This document shows positions 37,375-47,629 of a stretch of DNA of 64,000 nt, piece by piece (the first letter of the stretch is position 1; every line of letters begins with the position of its first letter). The DNA comes from Parachlamydiaceae bacterium (GTDB lineage: Bacteria; Chlamydiota; Chlamydiia; Chlamydiales; Parachlamydiaceae). Made by a program: the position numbers and the translations under genes. Location: contig JACDHD010000005.1 in assembly GCA_013821265.1 (NCBI GenBank), positions 236 through 64,235 on the forward strand. The letters are read 5' to 3'. The notes under the pieces were generated by a model, which made no database searches, had not been told where the DNA came from, and saw only the letters and a list, made by a program, of their open reading frames with translations.

Positions 37375-38969
37375 ACCCCTTCCTTCTTAGCAAATTGGCG
37401 CATCCAGGCTCCCGAATTAAAACTTTCCCCTGTTGTATATTTCACAAGGTCCATCCAATGCATGCTATTTCCAGGTCTGAAAAAGCGTTCTTTCAATAGA
37501 TTTCCAGCAGCAACAGATCCTAATTGTTCTGATCCCGTTTCTAGCGCGATCGTTTCAGTGATCATGGAAGCCAACATTTCCCCTAATAAGTAGCCGTAGT
37601 AATAGACCGGAGCCAAACCAATGTGATATTTGGCAGCCCAATCATTTTTACGTTCACGACCTATCGGAGCATGGATTTTTTGAAATTTTTCAACAAGCCT
37701 CCACCATAATGCATTTAGATCTTGTTGTGGATTTCCATACAGTTCCCGTTCAAAAAACGTCACCACAAGTACCCATCGGCTGAAAATCAATTGCCTTCTT
37801 GTCAAACTTCTAGATGCTTTTAAGATTAACGATTGTTGCTCTTTAGATGGTTTTGTTTCTTTAGACAAAAATTCAGGCAGGTAGGCTTGTCGTCCAGCAA
37901 TTAAAGCCATCGCTTCCGTTGTCATCACATGAGGATGTTCCTTTAAAAGCCATGGGAGTTGCGAATCATAGCCTAAATCATAAATGGCATGTCCAAACTC
38001 ATGAAGCACCGTTTCGGTCCATTTTATCGATTGCGTTACGTTGTTAAGTGTACGCACATCGGAGGCGCGATCCATGCTGACGCAAAAGGCGTGTTGATTT
38101 TTCCCAGGTCTTTCGTACATATCGCTGCGTTTTAGCACTGGAGTGATATCTATACCCATCTTTTTGTAATAAGAAACAGCTGCCGCGCTGATGTCGACAT
38201 CTTTGATCAATTGATCTAAGTCACACGAGTCGAGAGGATCTTCCTGACAAAATGGTTCTGCCCATGCCCAGGGTCCCAATTCTGAAACTGTCACACCAAA
38301 ACGGTGAGATTGCGCCTTTTCAATGTCTGCAAGGGTTTGCATATAAGCACTATCTGAAGCGTTAGCTAGATCTTCTAAGGTTTTGAATAACCACTCTGGA
38401 TCCACCTCTTGTAAACCTAATTGCATCTGGAAATAGTCATTATAGCCAGCGCTACGGGCAGTTTCGTTGCGTAAATTCACTATTGTAAGAATGGCTGGTG
38501 CTAACACATCGCCAATATCTTTAGATGCTTCCCAAGCTTTTTTGCGTTCATCTGGAACAGTATTTGTCTTTAAGATTTCTCGAATGGCATTTTCAGATAG
38601 CGCCTTTCCATCTAACTGTGGACGAAATGTGGCGTAAGAGAGCATGAGTTCCGTTTCCTTTTTGCTGATCTCTTCTAACAGTTTTTTTGGAATGATGTTT
38701 GGTTTAAATGAGCGAATGAGAACGTTCAATTGTCGTTTAAGAAGCGGATCTCGCAGGGACTCATCCTGATCCCATTCTAACAGTTGCTGGTAGGTGTTTT
38801 TATCATTGAAAAGCAAGCGCAATTCCGTTTCCAATTCTGCTTTTAGATCGGCAGCATCAGCGCTTCCCGTTGTTTCGAGAATCCACATCGCTTTATTGGT
38901 TTGGAGGGATTTTGAGGCTACTTTTGGAACAAACTCTGTGAGGAATTGTTCGAAGGAATGTTGTGGCAT
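37371..38969 (-). CDS. Zinc metallopeptidase, HExxH (M3/oligoendopeptidase-F-like; M2 not excluded)
   Basis: HEFGHAIYD zinc site, with a downstream Glu-containing helix and an APVYYYGYLLGEMLA block. I moved the start to ATG 38969 (MPQHSFEQF) because the longer ORF N-terminus (LCAPLCLCVSVV) is read from a palindromic repeat. Confidence 0.65.
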   Translation of the reverse strand: MPQHSFEQFLTEFVPKVASKSLQTNKAMWILETTGSADAADLKAELETELRLLFNDKNTYQQLLEWDQDESLRDPLLKRQLNVLIRSFKPNIIPKKLLEEISKKETELMLSYATFRPQLDGKALSENAIREILKTNTVPDERKKAWEASKDIGDVLAPAILTIVNLRNETARSAGYNDYFQMQLGLQEVDPEWLFKTLEDLANASDSAYMQTLADIEKAQSHRFGVTVSELGPWAWAEPFCQEDPLDSCDLDQLIKDVDISAAAVSYYKKMGIDITPVLKRSDMYERPGKNQHAFCVSMDRASDVRTLNNVTQSIKWTETVLHEFGHAIYDLGYDSQLPWLLKEHPHVMTTEAMALIAGRQAYLPEFLSKETKPSKEQQSLILKASRSLTRRQLIFSRWVLVVTFFERELYGNPQQDLNALWWRLVEKFQKIHAPIGRERKNDWAAKYHIGLAPVYYYGYLLGEMLASMITETIALETGSEQLGSVAAGNLLKERFFRPGNSMHWMDLVKYTTGESFNSGAWMRQFAKKEGV

Positions 38970-39065
38970 TGTTGGGACCTTTACAGTTGAGTGAGTAATT
39001 TCGGCATTTTCTATACGCAATCTGTAAACTGCAACCATAATTTTCGAGATAACAATATAAGAGTA

Positions 39066-39190
39066 ATTTTTCACCACAGAGACACAGAGGCACAGAGGAG
39101 CACAGAGAACGAAATGCAAAAGTTAAAAATGCCTTTAAGTTTTCTCGCTCTCTGTGCTCCTCTGTGCCTCTGTGTCTCTGTGGTGAAATA
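39066..39190. repeat. CACAGAGG-arm palindromic element
   Basis: ttttcaccacagagacacagaggcacagaggagcacagagaacga ... tcgctctctgtgctcctctgtgcctctgtgtctctgtggtgaaa. It lies between the peptidase and nuoA. Confidence 0.9.
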
Positions 39191-39282
39191 ATAATGTCCA
39201 CTTCTGTTTTTTGAGTCCCCTCTTTTTTATTGACGGTTTTAAGAAGTTATTGATATGACCCGGTGAAACAACAGGTCTAACC

Positions 39283-39639
39283 ATGTCCGATTTTTATGCG
39301 ATCCACATTTACTTCGTTGTCATTCTTGCTGTTACGCTTGCGATGCTTGCTGTCTCCTCCCTTTTTGCTTCCAAAAAATCGGAACCCGCAAAATTTCAAC
39401 CCTACGAATCCGGTATCAAAACAGAAACACACCTTCTGCAAGAAAGATTTCCGTTACGTCACTACTTAGTCGCCCTAATCTTCCTAGTTTTTGATATTGA
39501 AGTGATTTTCCTGTATCCCTGGGCTGTTGTAGCAAAACAAATGGGCGCGTTTGCCTTTTACGAAATGTTCTTTTTTTTAGTGATCTTGCTCGTAGGCTTT
39601 GCCTACGTATGGCGTAAAGGAGGCTTACAATGGGAGTAA
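39283..39639 (+). CDS. nuoA: NADH-quinone oxidoreductase subunit A
   Basis: 118 aa, 3 TM, YESG and FL.FD.E motifs. First gene of the nuo operon. Confidence 0.9.
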   Translation: MSDFYAIHIYFVVILAVTLAMLAVSSLFASKKSEPAKFQPYESGIKTETHLLQERFPLRHYLVALIFLVFDIEVIFLYPWAVVAKQMGAFAFYEMFFFLVILLVGFAYVWRKGGLQWE

Positions 39640-40175
39640 CACCAAAAGAAAGCACCCCCTTTCTCGTCGCTCCGTTAGAAAGTTTAATCAACTGGGCGCG
39701 CCAAAATTCACTGTGGCCAGCGCAATTTGGACTCGCATGCTGCGCAATTGAAATGATGTCTACTGCCGCCAGTCGTTATGATATGGCGCGCTTTGGCATG
39801 GAAGTCTTTCGCGCCTCTCCTCGCCAAAGTGATGTCATGATTGTGGCAGGACGCGTCAGTCAAAAGATGGCTCCTGTTCTGCGAACAATTTACGATCAAA
39901 TGCTAGAACCCAAATGGGTCATTGCAATGGGCGACTGCGCTTCTACTGGTGGCATCTACAACAATTACGCCATCTTGCAAGGAGTCGACACAATTGTTCC
40001 TGTCGACGTGTATGTAGCAGGATGTCCTCCCCGTCCAGAAGCACTCTTAGATGGTCTCATTCTCCTGCAGAAAAAAATTAGGACGGAACGCCCTTTCGCC
40101 AAGAATTCAGCAAACAAACGTTCCGTTTATAAGGAACCGCGTGAGCAAAGCGAGGAGTTCGATGAATACTTCTGA
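39630..40175 (+). CDS. nuoB: NADH-quinone oxidoreductase subunit B
   Basis: N2-cluster motifs [24 protein letters not shown]. Confidence 0.95.
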   Translation: MGVTPKESTPFLVAPLESLINWARQNSLWPAQFGLACCAIEMMSTAASRYDMARFGMEVFRASPRQSDVMIVAGRVSQKMAPVLRTIYDQMLEPKWVIAMGDCASTGGIYNNYAILQGVDTIVPVDVYVAGCPPRPEALLDGLILLQKKIRTERPFAKNSANKRSVYKEPREQSEEFDEYF

Positions 40176-40695
40176 AGCTGTACAAGCGTTAAAAGATAAA
40201 ATGTCTCAAGTAGTAGTTAGCGAAATAAATTTCATGAATGAAGTGACGTTAGAAGTCACCAAAGATCAGCTAAAAGAGGTGTTGAACTTTTTAAAGCAAG
40301 CTGCAGGACCTGGATTTGAAGTGCTAATGGATTTAACAGCTGTCGATTACCTTCATCCGACAAAAAGAACTAAGGTAGTCTACCTACTGCACAATCCAAC
40401 AAATTACGAACGCCTTCGCATCACGCTGTACGCTAAACGCGACGAAGCCATTCCCTCTGTCACAGATCTGTGGGAAGGAGCAAGCTGGTATGAACGCGAG
40501 CTATATGATCTGTTTGGAGTCCACTTTGAAGGACATCGCGACCTAAAACGCATTCTGATGCCAGATGATTGGCAAGGGCATCCATTGCGTCGCGATTACG
40601 CATTGACAGAAGAATCTGTAGAATTTAAACACGGTGTAATCCCTAAAGTACCATCGGAAATTATTCCCCATGTCAGAGAACCTCAAAAATTCTAA
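40162..40695 (+). CDS. nuoC: NADH-quinone oxidoreductase subunit C
   Basis: [22 protein letters not shown] block. Start set to ATG 40162, a 14-nt overlap with nuoB, rather than the longer ORF. Confidence 0.9.
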   Translation: MNTSEAVQALKDKMSQVVVSEINFMNEVTLEVTKDQLKEVLNFLKQAAGPGFEVLMDLTAVDYLHPTKRTKVVYLLHNPTNYERLRITLYAKRDEAIPSVTDLWEGASWYERELYDLFGVHFEGHRDLKRILMPDDWQGHPLRRDYALTEESVEFKHGVIPKVPSEIIPHVREPQKF

Positions 40696-41875
40696 ACACG
40701 TCGAGCTTGCTGGCGATGTAATGGAACTTAATCTAGGTCCACAGCATCCCTCAACACATGGTGTTTTGCGTCTTAAACTACGACTCGATGGAGAGGTTAT
40801 ACTCTCTGCTGAACCAGTCATTGGTTACTTGCACACTGGCGTTGAAAAAGAGTGCGAAACTAGAACTTATCATCAAATCTTTACTCTTGTAGATCGCCTC
40901 GACTACTTATCGGGTCCAGCCGAAGAGCAAGCATTTGCTGGCGTCGTCGAAACCTTAATGAAAATTGAAGTCCCCGAACGCGCACAAACGATTCGCATCA
41001 TCTTACTAGAACTTTCTCGTGTGGCTAGCCACTTGCTGTGGGTCGGAACGAGCGCATTGGAACTCAATATGTCCTCAGTCTTTATGTACTGCATGGCAGA
41101 ACGCGAGAAAATTTTGGATCTTTTTGAGGAGATGTCTGGGGCTCGCATGTTTCCCACCTGCTGGCGCATCGGAGGCCTTGCGCGCGATTTAAATGATGGA
41201 TTTGAGCAACACACAAAGCAGTGGCTAAACGACTTTCCTTACACATGGAAAGATTTAGACAATCTCTTAACGGAAAACTATGTTTGGTGTGAACGCCTTG
41301 AAGGTGTCGCAGTGATCGATGCAGAGCTTTGCAAACAATACATGTGCACGGGCCCTATTATTCGCGGAGCTGGTGTTCCATACGATATTCGTAAGATTTA
41401 TCCCTATCTCGGTTATGAAACGTATCAATTTGATGTGCCGACTCAGACAGAGGGCGATTCCTATGCACGCTATCTTGTGCGCATGGAAGAGATGCGCCAA
41501 AGTGTCTCAATTATCGAGCAGGCGTTGAAGCGCTTAAAACCAGGACCTATTATCACCGACGACCGCAAAGTAGCTCTTCCGCCACGACATGAGCTTGCTC
41601 GCTCCATGGAAGCCGTGATCCATCAATTTAAATTGGTCAGCGAAGGAATACATCCACCTGCCGGTGAAATTTACCGCTGTGTGGAATCCGCCCGTGGAGA
41701 ACTGGGCTACTACCTGGTTAGCGACGGCAGCAATCGCCCTTATCGTTTGCGCGTCCGCTCACCCTCCTTCCCACATGTTGAAGTGCTTCAAAAGGTATTA
41801 CCAGGTCATATTTTATCTGACGTTGTCGTCGCCATCGGCAGCGTCGATCCAATTTTGGGAGATGTTGATCGATGA
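40670..41875 (+). CDS. nuoD: NADH-quinone oxidoreductase subunit D
   Basis: 401 aa. LNLGPQHPSTHGVLRL and ARGELGYY blocks. Confidence 0.95.
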   Translation: MSENLKNSKHVELAGDVMELNLGPQHPSTHGVLRLKLRLDGEVILSAEPVIGYLHTGVEKECETRTYHQIFTLVDRLDYLSGPAEEQAFAGVVETLMKIEVPERAQTIRIILLELSRVASHLLWVGTSALELNMSSVFMYCMAEREKILDLFEEMSGARMFPTCWRIGGLARDLNDGFEQHTKQWLNDFPYTWKDLDNLLTENYVWCERLEGVAVIDAELCKQYMCTGPIIRGAGVPYDIRKIYPYLGYETYQFDVPTQTEGDSYARYLVRMEEMRQSVSIIEQALKRLKPGPIITDDRKVALPPRHELARSMEAVIHQFKLVSEGIHPPAGEIYRCVESARGELGYYLVSDGSNRPYRLRVRSPSFPHVEVLQKVLPGHILSDVVVAIGSVDPILGDVDR

Positions 41876-42390
41876 TGCTCTCAGAAAAAACCAGACAATC
41901 AATTTTGTCATTACAAAAGCAATACCCTGTAAAAAGGTCTGCGCTCATTCCTGCGTTGCATATGGCACAACAGGAAATTGGATATCTTCCCCTTGAAATA
42001 CAAAAAGAAGTGGCTGCTCTTTTTGAACTTGAACCTAGCGAAGTGAATGCCGTTGTCACCTTCTACGACATGTTTTTCGAAAAACCTGTTGGAAAACATA
42101 TCTTGCATGTGTGCAAAAATGTCTCATGTATGCTGCGAGGAGCAGACTGCCTTCTCAAAAATGTTTGTGAAAAGCTTCAAATTCAACCTGGAGAAACAAC
42201 GGCTGATGGTGCCTTCACGGTGATCGCTTCTGAATGCTTAGCTGCATGTGATCGCGCTCCAATGATGCTTGTCGATGAAAAAGTTGTGGGTCCCATTAAG
42301 GAAGAAGATCTTGACCGAATTTTAGCTGAAGCTAAGCAAGGAAAGGGTCATCCCTCCCCTGTTCCTATTGAGGAGACTGCTCATGCCTGA
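41872..42390 (+). CDS. nuoE: NADH-quinone oxidoreductase subunit E
   Basis: 172 aa. 2Fe-2S Cys pattern (CKNVSC ... CLAACDRAP). Confidence 0.92.
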   Translation: MMLSEKTRQSILSLQKQYPVKRSALIPALHMAQQEIGYLPLEIQKEVAALFELEPSEVNAVVTFYDMFFEKPVGKHILHVCKNVSCMLRGADCLLKNVCEKLQIQPGETTADGAFTVIASECLAACDRAPMMLVDEKVVGPIKEEDLDRILAEAKQGKGHPSPVPIEETAHA

Positions 42391-43693
42391 AATGCGTGTA
42401 TTAATGGCTTATTGTGATCAACCTTCACAAATTGACATTGCCACTTATGAAGCTAATGGGGGCTATCAAGCGATCAGAAAAGCAATACCTGCTATCCCTC
42501 CAGAAACTCTGATCGATATGGTAAAGCAATCGGGATTGCGCGGCCGTGGGGGCGCAGGCTTTGTCACGGGGGTTAAATGGGGATTTGTCCCAAAAGATCC
42601 TCAATTAGACAAATACCTTGTTTGCAATTGTGATGAAAGTGAGCCAGGAACGTTTAAAGATCGCTTCTTAATTGAACATGATCCGCATCAACTGATCGAA
42701 GGCATCATTCTATCTGCATACGCTATCAGCGCAAAAAAAGCCTTTATTTATTGCCGCGGTGAATTTTTTGAAGGAATTGCTCTTTTGCGCAAAGCAGTTT
42801 TTCAAGCTAAAGCAAAGGGGTATTTAGGTAGCAACATTCTGGGAAGTTCCTTTTCATTAGAAATCGTCGTCCATCCTGGAGCCGGAGCATACATTGCTGG
42901 AGAAGAGACTGCACAGCTCAACTCACTAGAAGGCTACCGTGCCACACCGCGTCTAAAACCTCCATTTCCTGCTGTGTCTGGCTTGTATAATAAACCTACT
43001 GTTGTCAACAACGTAGAAACACTCTGTAATGTCGTACATATTGTCAACAGGGGTGTTGAATGGTTTCAAAGCATCGGAACGCCAAAAAACACGGGCACAA
43101 AAATTTTCCAAATTAGTGGTCACGTACAAAAACCTGGTTGCTACGAAATGCCTCTCGGAGTCTCCTTGCGAACGGTTTTAGAGATTGCTGGGGGCATGTT
43201 GCCAGGTCGCACATTTAAAGCGTGCTATCCAGGTGGATCTTCTTGTGCCTTATTGACTGAAAAAGATCTCGATATCGCAATGGATTTTGAAACTTTAGCC
43301 GCGCGCAAAACGATGTTAGGAACAGCTTCTCTCATCGTAATGGATGATTCTGCTGACATGGTAAAAGTTGCCCATCGCCTCATGCAATTTTACCAAAATG
43401 AATCGTGTGGCAAGTGCACTCCATGTCGTGAAGGAACGCGTTGGGTTGTCCAAATGCTTGCACGTATTGAAGCAGGCCATGGAACCTTCAGAGACCTTGG
43501 TGTCATTGAGGATATTTGTCATCAGATGGAGACTCTCTCCTTTTGTGCATTAGCTGTAGGAGCGGCACCTCCAGTTGTAAGTGCAATGCGTGAATTTAAA
43601 AATGAATTCGATGCTTACATTAAGCGCAATCCTCATGCTGACCAATCACCCAAGATGCCAATTGCCTATCCATACATGAAAGTGAGTCCATGA
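42383..43693 (+). CDS. nuoF: NADH-quinone oxidoreductase subunit F
   Basis: GLRGRGGAGF FMN site, CDESEPGT, ESCGKCTPCREG. ATG 42383 with a gaggag RBS is preferred over the upstream TTG. Confidence 0.95.
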   Translation: MPEMRVLMAYCDQPSQIDIATYEANGGYQAIRKAIPAIPPETLIDMVKQSGLRGRGGAGFVTGVKWGFVPKDPQLDKYLVCNCDESEPGTFKDRFLIEHDPHQLIEGIILSAYAISAKKAFIYCRGEFFEGIALLRKAVFQAKAKGYLGSNILGSSFSLEIVVHPGAGAYIAGEETAQLNSLEGYRATPRLKPPFPAVSGLYNKPTVVNNVETLCNVVHIVNRGVEWFQSIGTPKNTGTKIFQISGHVQKPGCYEMPLGVSLRTVLEIAGGMLPGRTFKACYPGGSSCALLTEKDLDIAMDFETLAARKTMLGTASLIVMDDSADMVKVAHRLMQFYQNESCGKCTPCREGTRWVVQMLARIEAGHGTFRDLGVIEDICHQMETLSFCALAVGAAPPVVSAMREFKNEFDAYIKRNPHADQSPKMPIAYPYMKVSP

Positions 43694-43694
43694 T

Positions 43695-45959
43695 ATGACT
43701 GAACAAATGATTAATCTCATTATCGACGGACAATCAATCGCTGTTCTCAAAGGAACAACGGTGTATCAAGCTGCGCGTCAATTAGGAATTGAGCTACCGA
43801 TTTTTTGCTATCAAGACCGCATGCCCCCTTTTGGAGCGTGCCGCGTCTGTATGGTAGAGGTCGAAAAAATGGCAAAACCTCAAACTTCCTGCACTTTGGA
43901 AGCTACTGAAGGTATGGTTGTCAAGACACAAAGTTTATTAGCTGTGAAGAGCAGAGAGCGTATTCTGGAACTTCTTCTAATCAACCATCCCCTCGATTGT
44001 CCTATCTGTGATAAGGGTGGAGAGTGCCCACTGCAAGATCAAACACTCCGATTTGGTCCAGGTCTCAGTCGTTTTTTTGAGGAAAAACGCCACTTTAAAA
44101 AGCCCATCCCATTGGGTCCTGTTCTCATGCTAGATCGCGAACGCTGCGTCGTATGTGCTCGCTGTACCCGTTTTGGTGATATTGTTGCTGGCGACCATGC
44201 GTTAGAATTCTTTGAAAGGGGCTATAGAACTGAAGTAGGGACCCCCGATGGGGGTCCGGCAGATTCTAAATTTATTGGTAATACAATTGCTATTTGCCCT
44301 GTTGGAGCTCTCACAAGCAATGTTTATCGCTTTCGCGCACGCCCTTGGGATAATACTCCGACAGAAACAACCTGTACACTATGTCCTGTGGGATGCAGCA
44401 TGATCCTAGATTCGCGCGATGGCGAAATCATGCGCACACGTGCGTGCGAAAATCGCGCTCTCAATGACATTTGGCTGTGCGATAAAGGTTGGTTTGGCTA
44501 CGAATTTTCTTCATCTCCTGATCGACTAACGACTCCCCTCATGCGACGCAATGGCCAATTGCAATCAGCAACATGGGAAGAAGCCCTTGCATTTATTGCA
44601 CAAAAGATTCAAGGCGCAAAGCCACATGGCAAACTAGCGGGCTTTGGGGGCAATCCACTTACAGTCGAAGAAAACGATCTTTTTCAACAGTTCATGCGCC
44701 GCTCTGCAGGCAGTGAACATGTCGATCATCGCATTGGCATGCCAATGCTCACACTCGAACAAGAGGGCATTTCAGCTGGTATGCCTCTATCGATCGGAGC
44801 CTGTGAAGACCTTTCATACGCCTTTTTACTAGGTATTGATCTTACCGAAGAGTTTCCTGTTATCTGGCTTCGCTTAAAACAAGCAATCAACAAAGGTGCT
44901 CACGTAGTCTTTTCAGGACACTTTTCACCTGAAATATCAACACATCTATCCAACGTATATCTGCATGCACCTGGAAAAGAACTAACTGTTCTTCAACAGC
45001 TACAACCACAGCTTGCGAATCTAGCAAATGAGGGCAAACTGGGAGCCCTTTTCGTTGGTAGCCAATACTTAAATACTCCACAACGCAGCGAGATACTTGC
45101 TGAGTTATCTCAATGGCAACAGCGCTACCCTAACCTAACGCTTAACATTCTGGAAGGCCGAGGAAATAGTCAAGGAGCACGTCTGGCTGGTATGCTTCCT
45201 GACAGTAACAAGAACGGCCTAAATGCACTTCAGGTCTTAGAACACGCTGCACATGAAGGATGGGATTACTTACATGTTGCAGGAGCTGATCCTGCGACAC
45301 ATGTTCCAAAAAAACTATGGAACGAAGCACGTGCAAAATTAAAATGTTTAGTGGTTCAAGACCTCTTCTTAACACAGACTGCAAAGCAAGCAGATGTTGT
45401 TTTGCCAACCTTTGCTTTTGTAGAGAAGCGTGGTCATTTTGTAAATATCGAGGGCAAGCTGCTAGCGATCCAACCAGGAAAAGATACTTCTGAAGGACTC
45501 TACAGCGATGGAGAAATTTTCCTTGCGCTAGCAGATCTTTTGGGCGTTGCGATCTCCTCTGATGTAAGCACGTTGCAACGTACAGTAAATCCAATTTCAA
45601 GTAATGCATCTGTTCAAAAATCAGAACCTATTGCTGAAGGTGCATTGCGCGCTTCTTTTGCGCGTGCGCTTTTTGATGAGGGTGTTCTGATGACGCATAA
45701 TCCTCATTTGATTCAACTTGCCAAAGCGCCATTTGTACGTGTGCATCCTAATGAAGCAAAGAAGCGCGGATTGCGTCATGGACATGTTGTGACGATTCGA
45801 TCCAAAGAAGGTTTTTTAGAGGCCAAATTGCATTGGGATACGAATGTTGCTGAAGAGACGATCGTGATTCCAGTGGGCTTTAAGCAGATTGCAGCCTATG
45901 AGCTAGATCGCAATTTGACAAATGGAATTGCAATAGATGTAGAGATTGTTGAGAAGTAA
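43695..45959 (+). CDS. nuoG: NADH-quinone oxidoreductase subunit G
   Basis: 754 aa. Fe-S motifs CRVCMVEV, HPLDCPICDKGGECPLQD, CVVCARCTRF, CPVGAL, plus a molybdopterin-like C-terminal domain. Confidence 0.95.
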   Translation: MTEQMINLIIDGQSIAVLKGTTVYQAARQLGIELPIFCYQDRMPPFGACRVCMVEVEKMAKPQTSCTLEATEGMVVKTQSLLAVKSRERILELLLINHPLDCPICDKGGECPLQDQTLRFGPGLSRFFEEKRHFKKPIPLGPVLMLDRERCVVCARCTRFGDIVAGDHALEFFERGYRTEVGTPDGGPADSKFIGNTIAICPVGALTSNVYRFRARPWDNTPTETTCTLCPVGCSMILDSRDGEIMRTRACENRALNDIWLCDKGWFGYEFSSSPDRLTTPLMRRNGQLQSATWEEALAFIAQKIQGAKPHGKLAGFGGNPLTVEENDLFQQFMRRSAGSEHVDHRIGMPMLTLEQEGISAGMPLSIGACEDLSYAFLLGIDLTEEFPVIWLRLKQAINKGAHVVFSGHFSPEISTHLSNVYLHAPGKELTVLQQLQPQLANLANEGKLGALFVGSQYLNTPQRSEILAELSQWQQRYPNLTLNILEGRGNSQGARLAGMLPDSNKNGLNALQVLEHAAHEGWDYLHVAGADPATHVPKKLWNEARAKLKCLVVQDLFLTQTAKQADVVLPTFAFVEKRGHFVNIEGKLLAIQPGKDTSEGLYSDGEIFLALADLLGVAISSDVSTLQRTVNPISSNASVQKSEPIAEGALRASFARALFDEGVLMTHNPHLIQLAKAPFVRVHPNEAKKRGLRHGHVVTIRSKEGFLEAKLHWDTNVAEETIVIPVGFKQIAAYELDRNLTNGIAIDVEIVEK

Positions 45960-45983
45960 ATTAAATGAAGGTTTCGATTGATT

Positions 45984-46151
45984 TTTTTTACCACCGAGAC
46001 ACAGAGGCACAGAGAAGCACCGAGAGCGAATTGTAAAGTTAAAAGTACTTTTGAAGTTCTTTCTTTTCGCTCTCAGTGCTTCTCTGTGCCCCTCTGTGTC
46101 TCGGTGGTAAAAAACAAAACGAATACTCGTCTTTTGTGCCTCTGTGGTAAA
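45984..46151. repeat. CACAGAGG-arm palindromic element inside the nuo operon (nuoG/nuoH gap), plus an extra partial arm
   Basis: ttttaccaccgagacacagaggcacagagaagcaccgagagcgaa ... ttcgctctcagtgcttctctgtgcccctctgtgtctcggtggtaaaa, followed by a partial arm tgtgcctctgtggtaaa. Confidence 0.9.
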
Positions 46152-46179
46152 GATAAAAACGTACACGTGTGAATAATCT

Positions 46180-47145
46180 ATGATAGAAGTCTTAATAAAG
46201 AGCCTAGTCCTAGTAGCCCTGCTGATGACCGCTGCAGGCTACATGACCTTCCTTGAACGCATTTTGATCGCACGCATGCAATTGCGCCTAGGCCCCACCC
46301 GTGTCGGACCTCTAGGACTTCTACAACCCCTCGCCGATGGCATCAAACTGCTCACAAAAGAACGCTTTCAACCAGCCGGTATCGACGTCTTCACCTACTG
46401 GCTAGCACCCGCTATCTCCCTATTTACTGCCCTTTTCGCTTTTGTCCTAATTCCTGTTGGAGGCGTCGTCGAAATTTGGGGCCACCAAGTAAGTTTACAA
46501 ATCGCCGATGTCAACTCAGGCATTGTTTTTCTATTGGCATTTTCCTCATTAGCTGTTTATGGAGTCGTCCTCGCAGGATGGTCTTCAAACAACCGTTACT
46601 CCCTTTTAGGTGGTATCCGCGGGACCGCCCAAATGATTAGTTATGAAATTCCGATGAGCATCTCTTTACTCACTGTAGCACTCGCTGCAGGAACTTTAAG
46701 CCTAAACGAAATTGTCGAAGCACAACGCTCGCACTGGTTCATCTGGACAAATCCCATTGGCTTCATCATTTATGTGATCACAGCCTTTGCTGAAACAAAT
46801 AGAGCTCCGTTTGACCTCCCAGAAGCGGAACAGGAACTAACGGCAGGATACCACACGGAGTATGGTGGAATGAAATTTGCAATGTTTTTCATTGCGGAAT
46901 ACATCAACATTTTGGCTGTTTCTGCTATCGCCGTCACACTGTTCTTAGGAGGATGGCTTGGACCAGAAGACCTCCCTGTCGTCTGGTTTCTCCTAAAAGT
47001 GGCACTCTTTGTATTTGTCTTCATTTGGGCTCGCGCCACGCTGCCACGCTTCCGCTATGACCAGTTAATGAGTTTTGGTTGGAAGGTGTTGATTCCTCTG
47101 GCGACTTTAAATTTAATTATTACAGCTTATCTTACTTTGGTTTAA
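46180..47145 (+). CDS. nuoH: NADH-quinone oxidoreductase subunit H
   Basis: 321 aa polytopic protein. FAETNRAPFDLPEAEQELTAGYHTEY signature. Confidence 0.95.
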   Translation: MIEVLIKSLVLVALLMTAAGYMTFLERILIARMQLRLGPTRVGPLGLLQPLADGIKLLTKERFQPAGIDVFTYWLAPAISLFTALFAFVLIPVGGVVEIWGHQVSLQIADVNSGIVFLLAFSSLAVYGVVLAGWSSNNRYSLLGGIRGTAQMISYEIPMSISLLTVALAAGTLSLNEIVEAQRSHWFIWTNPIGFIIYVITAFAETNRAPFDLPEAEQELTAGYHTEYGGMKFAMFFIAEYINILAVSAIAVTLFLGGWLGPEDLPVVWFLLKVALFVFVFIWARATLPRFRYDQLMSFGWKVLIPLATLNLIITAYLTLV

Positions 47146-47146
47146 T

Positions 47147-47629
47147 ATGAAAAAAAAACATAACACCCTGTATCAATTAGCTGCCATGTTGCGAGGGCTT
47201 TTCATCGTGCTGAAATATACCTTCAAACGACCTACAACACTGCGATATCCAGAGGAAAGACGCAAGCTTCCTGCAAGATCTCGCGGACGCCACTACCTGA
47301 CCAAATGGAATGATGGTAAGGAACGCTGTGTTGGTTGTGAGTTGTGCGCCATCGTATGTCCTCCCCAAGCGATCTACGTCAAAGCCGCACAAAATGATCC
47401 CGAAGATCCTAATTCACATGGCGAACGATATGCCTCTGATTTTCAGATTAATATGCTGCGCTGCATCTTTTGCGGACTGTGTGAAGAGGCGTGCCCCACT
47501 GGAGCCATTATCTTAGGTAATGATTATGAGCTTTCTGGATACACGAGAGAATCACTGATCTACACCAAAGAGATGCTGACGGAAATCAATCCTGGTGACT
47601 CAGGTCGCGATCCAAATAGGGAGATCTAA
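47147..47629 (+). CDS. nuoI: NADH-quinone oxidoreductase subunit I
   Basis: Two 4Fe-4S motifs: CVGCELCAIVCP and CIFCGLCEEACP. Confidence 0.95.
   Translation: MKKKHNTLYQLAAMLRGLFIVLKYTFKRPTTLRYPEERRKLPARSRGRHYLTKWNDGKERCVGCELCAIVCPPQAIYVKAAQNDPEDPNSHGERYASDFQINMLRCIFCGLCEEACPTGAIILGNDYELSGYTRESLIYTKEMLTEINPGDSGRDPNREI

Noticed and set aside
38970-39119. N-terminal 50 residues of the long peptidase ORF (MHFVLCAPLCLCVSVVKN...), plus ORFs 38893-39201 and 38991-39191
   Set aside because: The Cys/Leu/Val-rich peptide is the CACAGAGG palindrome translated. The same peptide-like strings appear wherever this repeat occurs (for example 45978-46172). The start was therefore moved to ATG 38969.
40051-42382. 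Longer starts for nuoC (40051) and nuoF (TTG 42368)
   Set aside because: The longer nuoC start would overlap nuoB by more than 100 nt, with a non-conserved basic N-terminus. ATG 40162 and ATG 42383 (gaggag RBS) give typical subunit N-termini.
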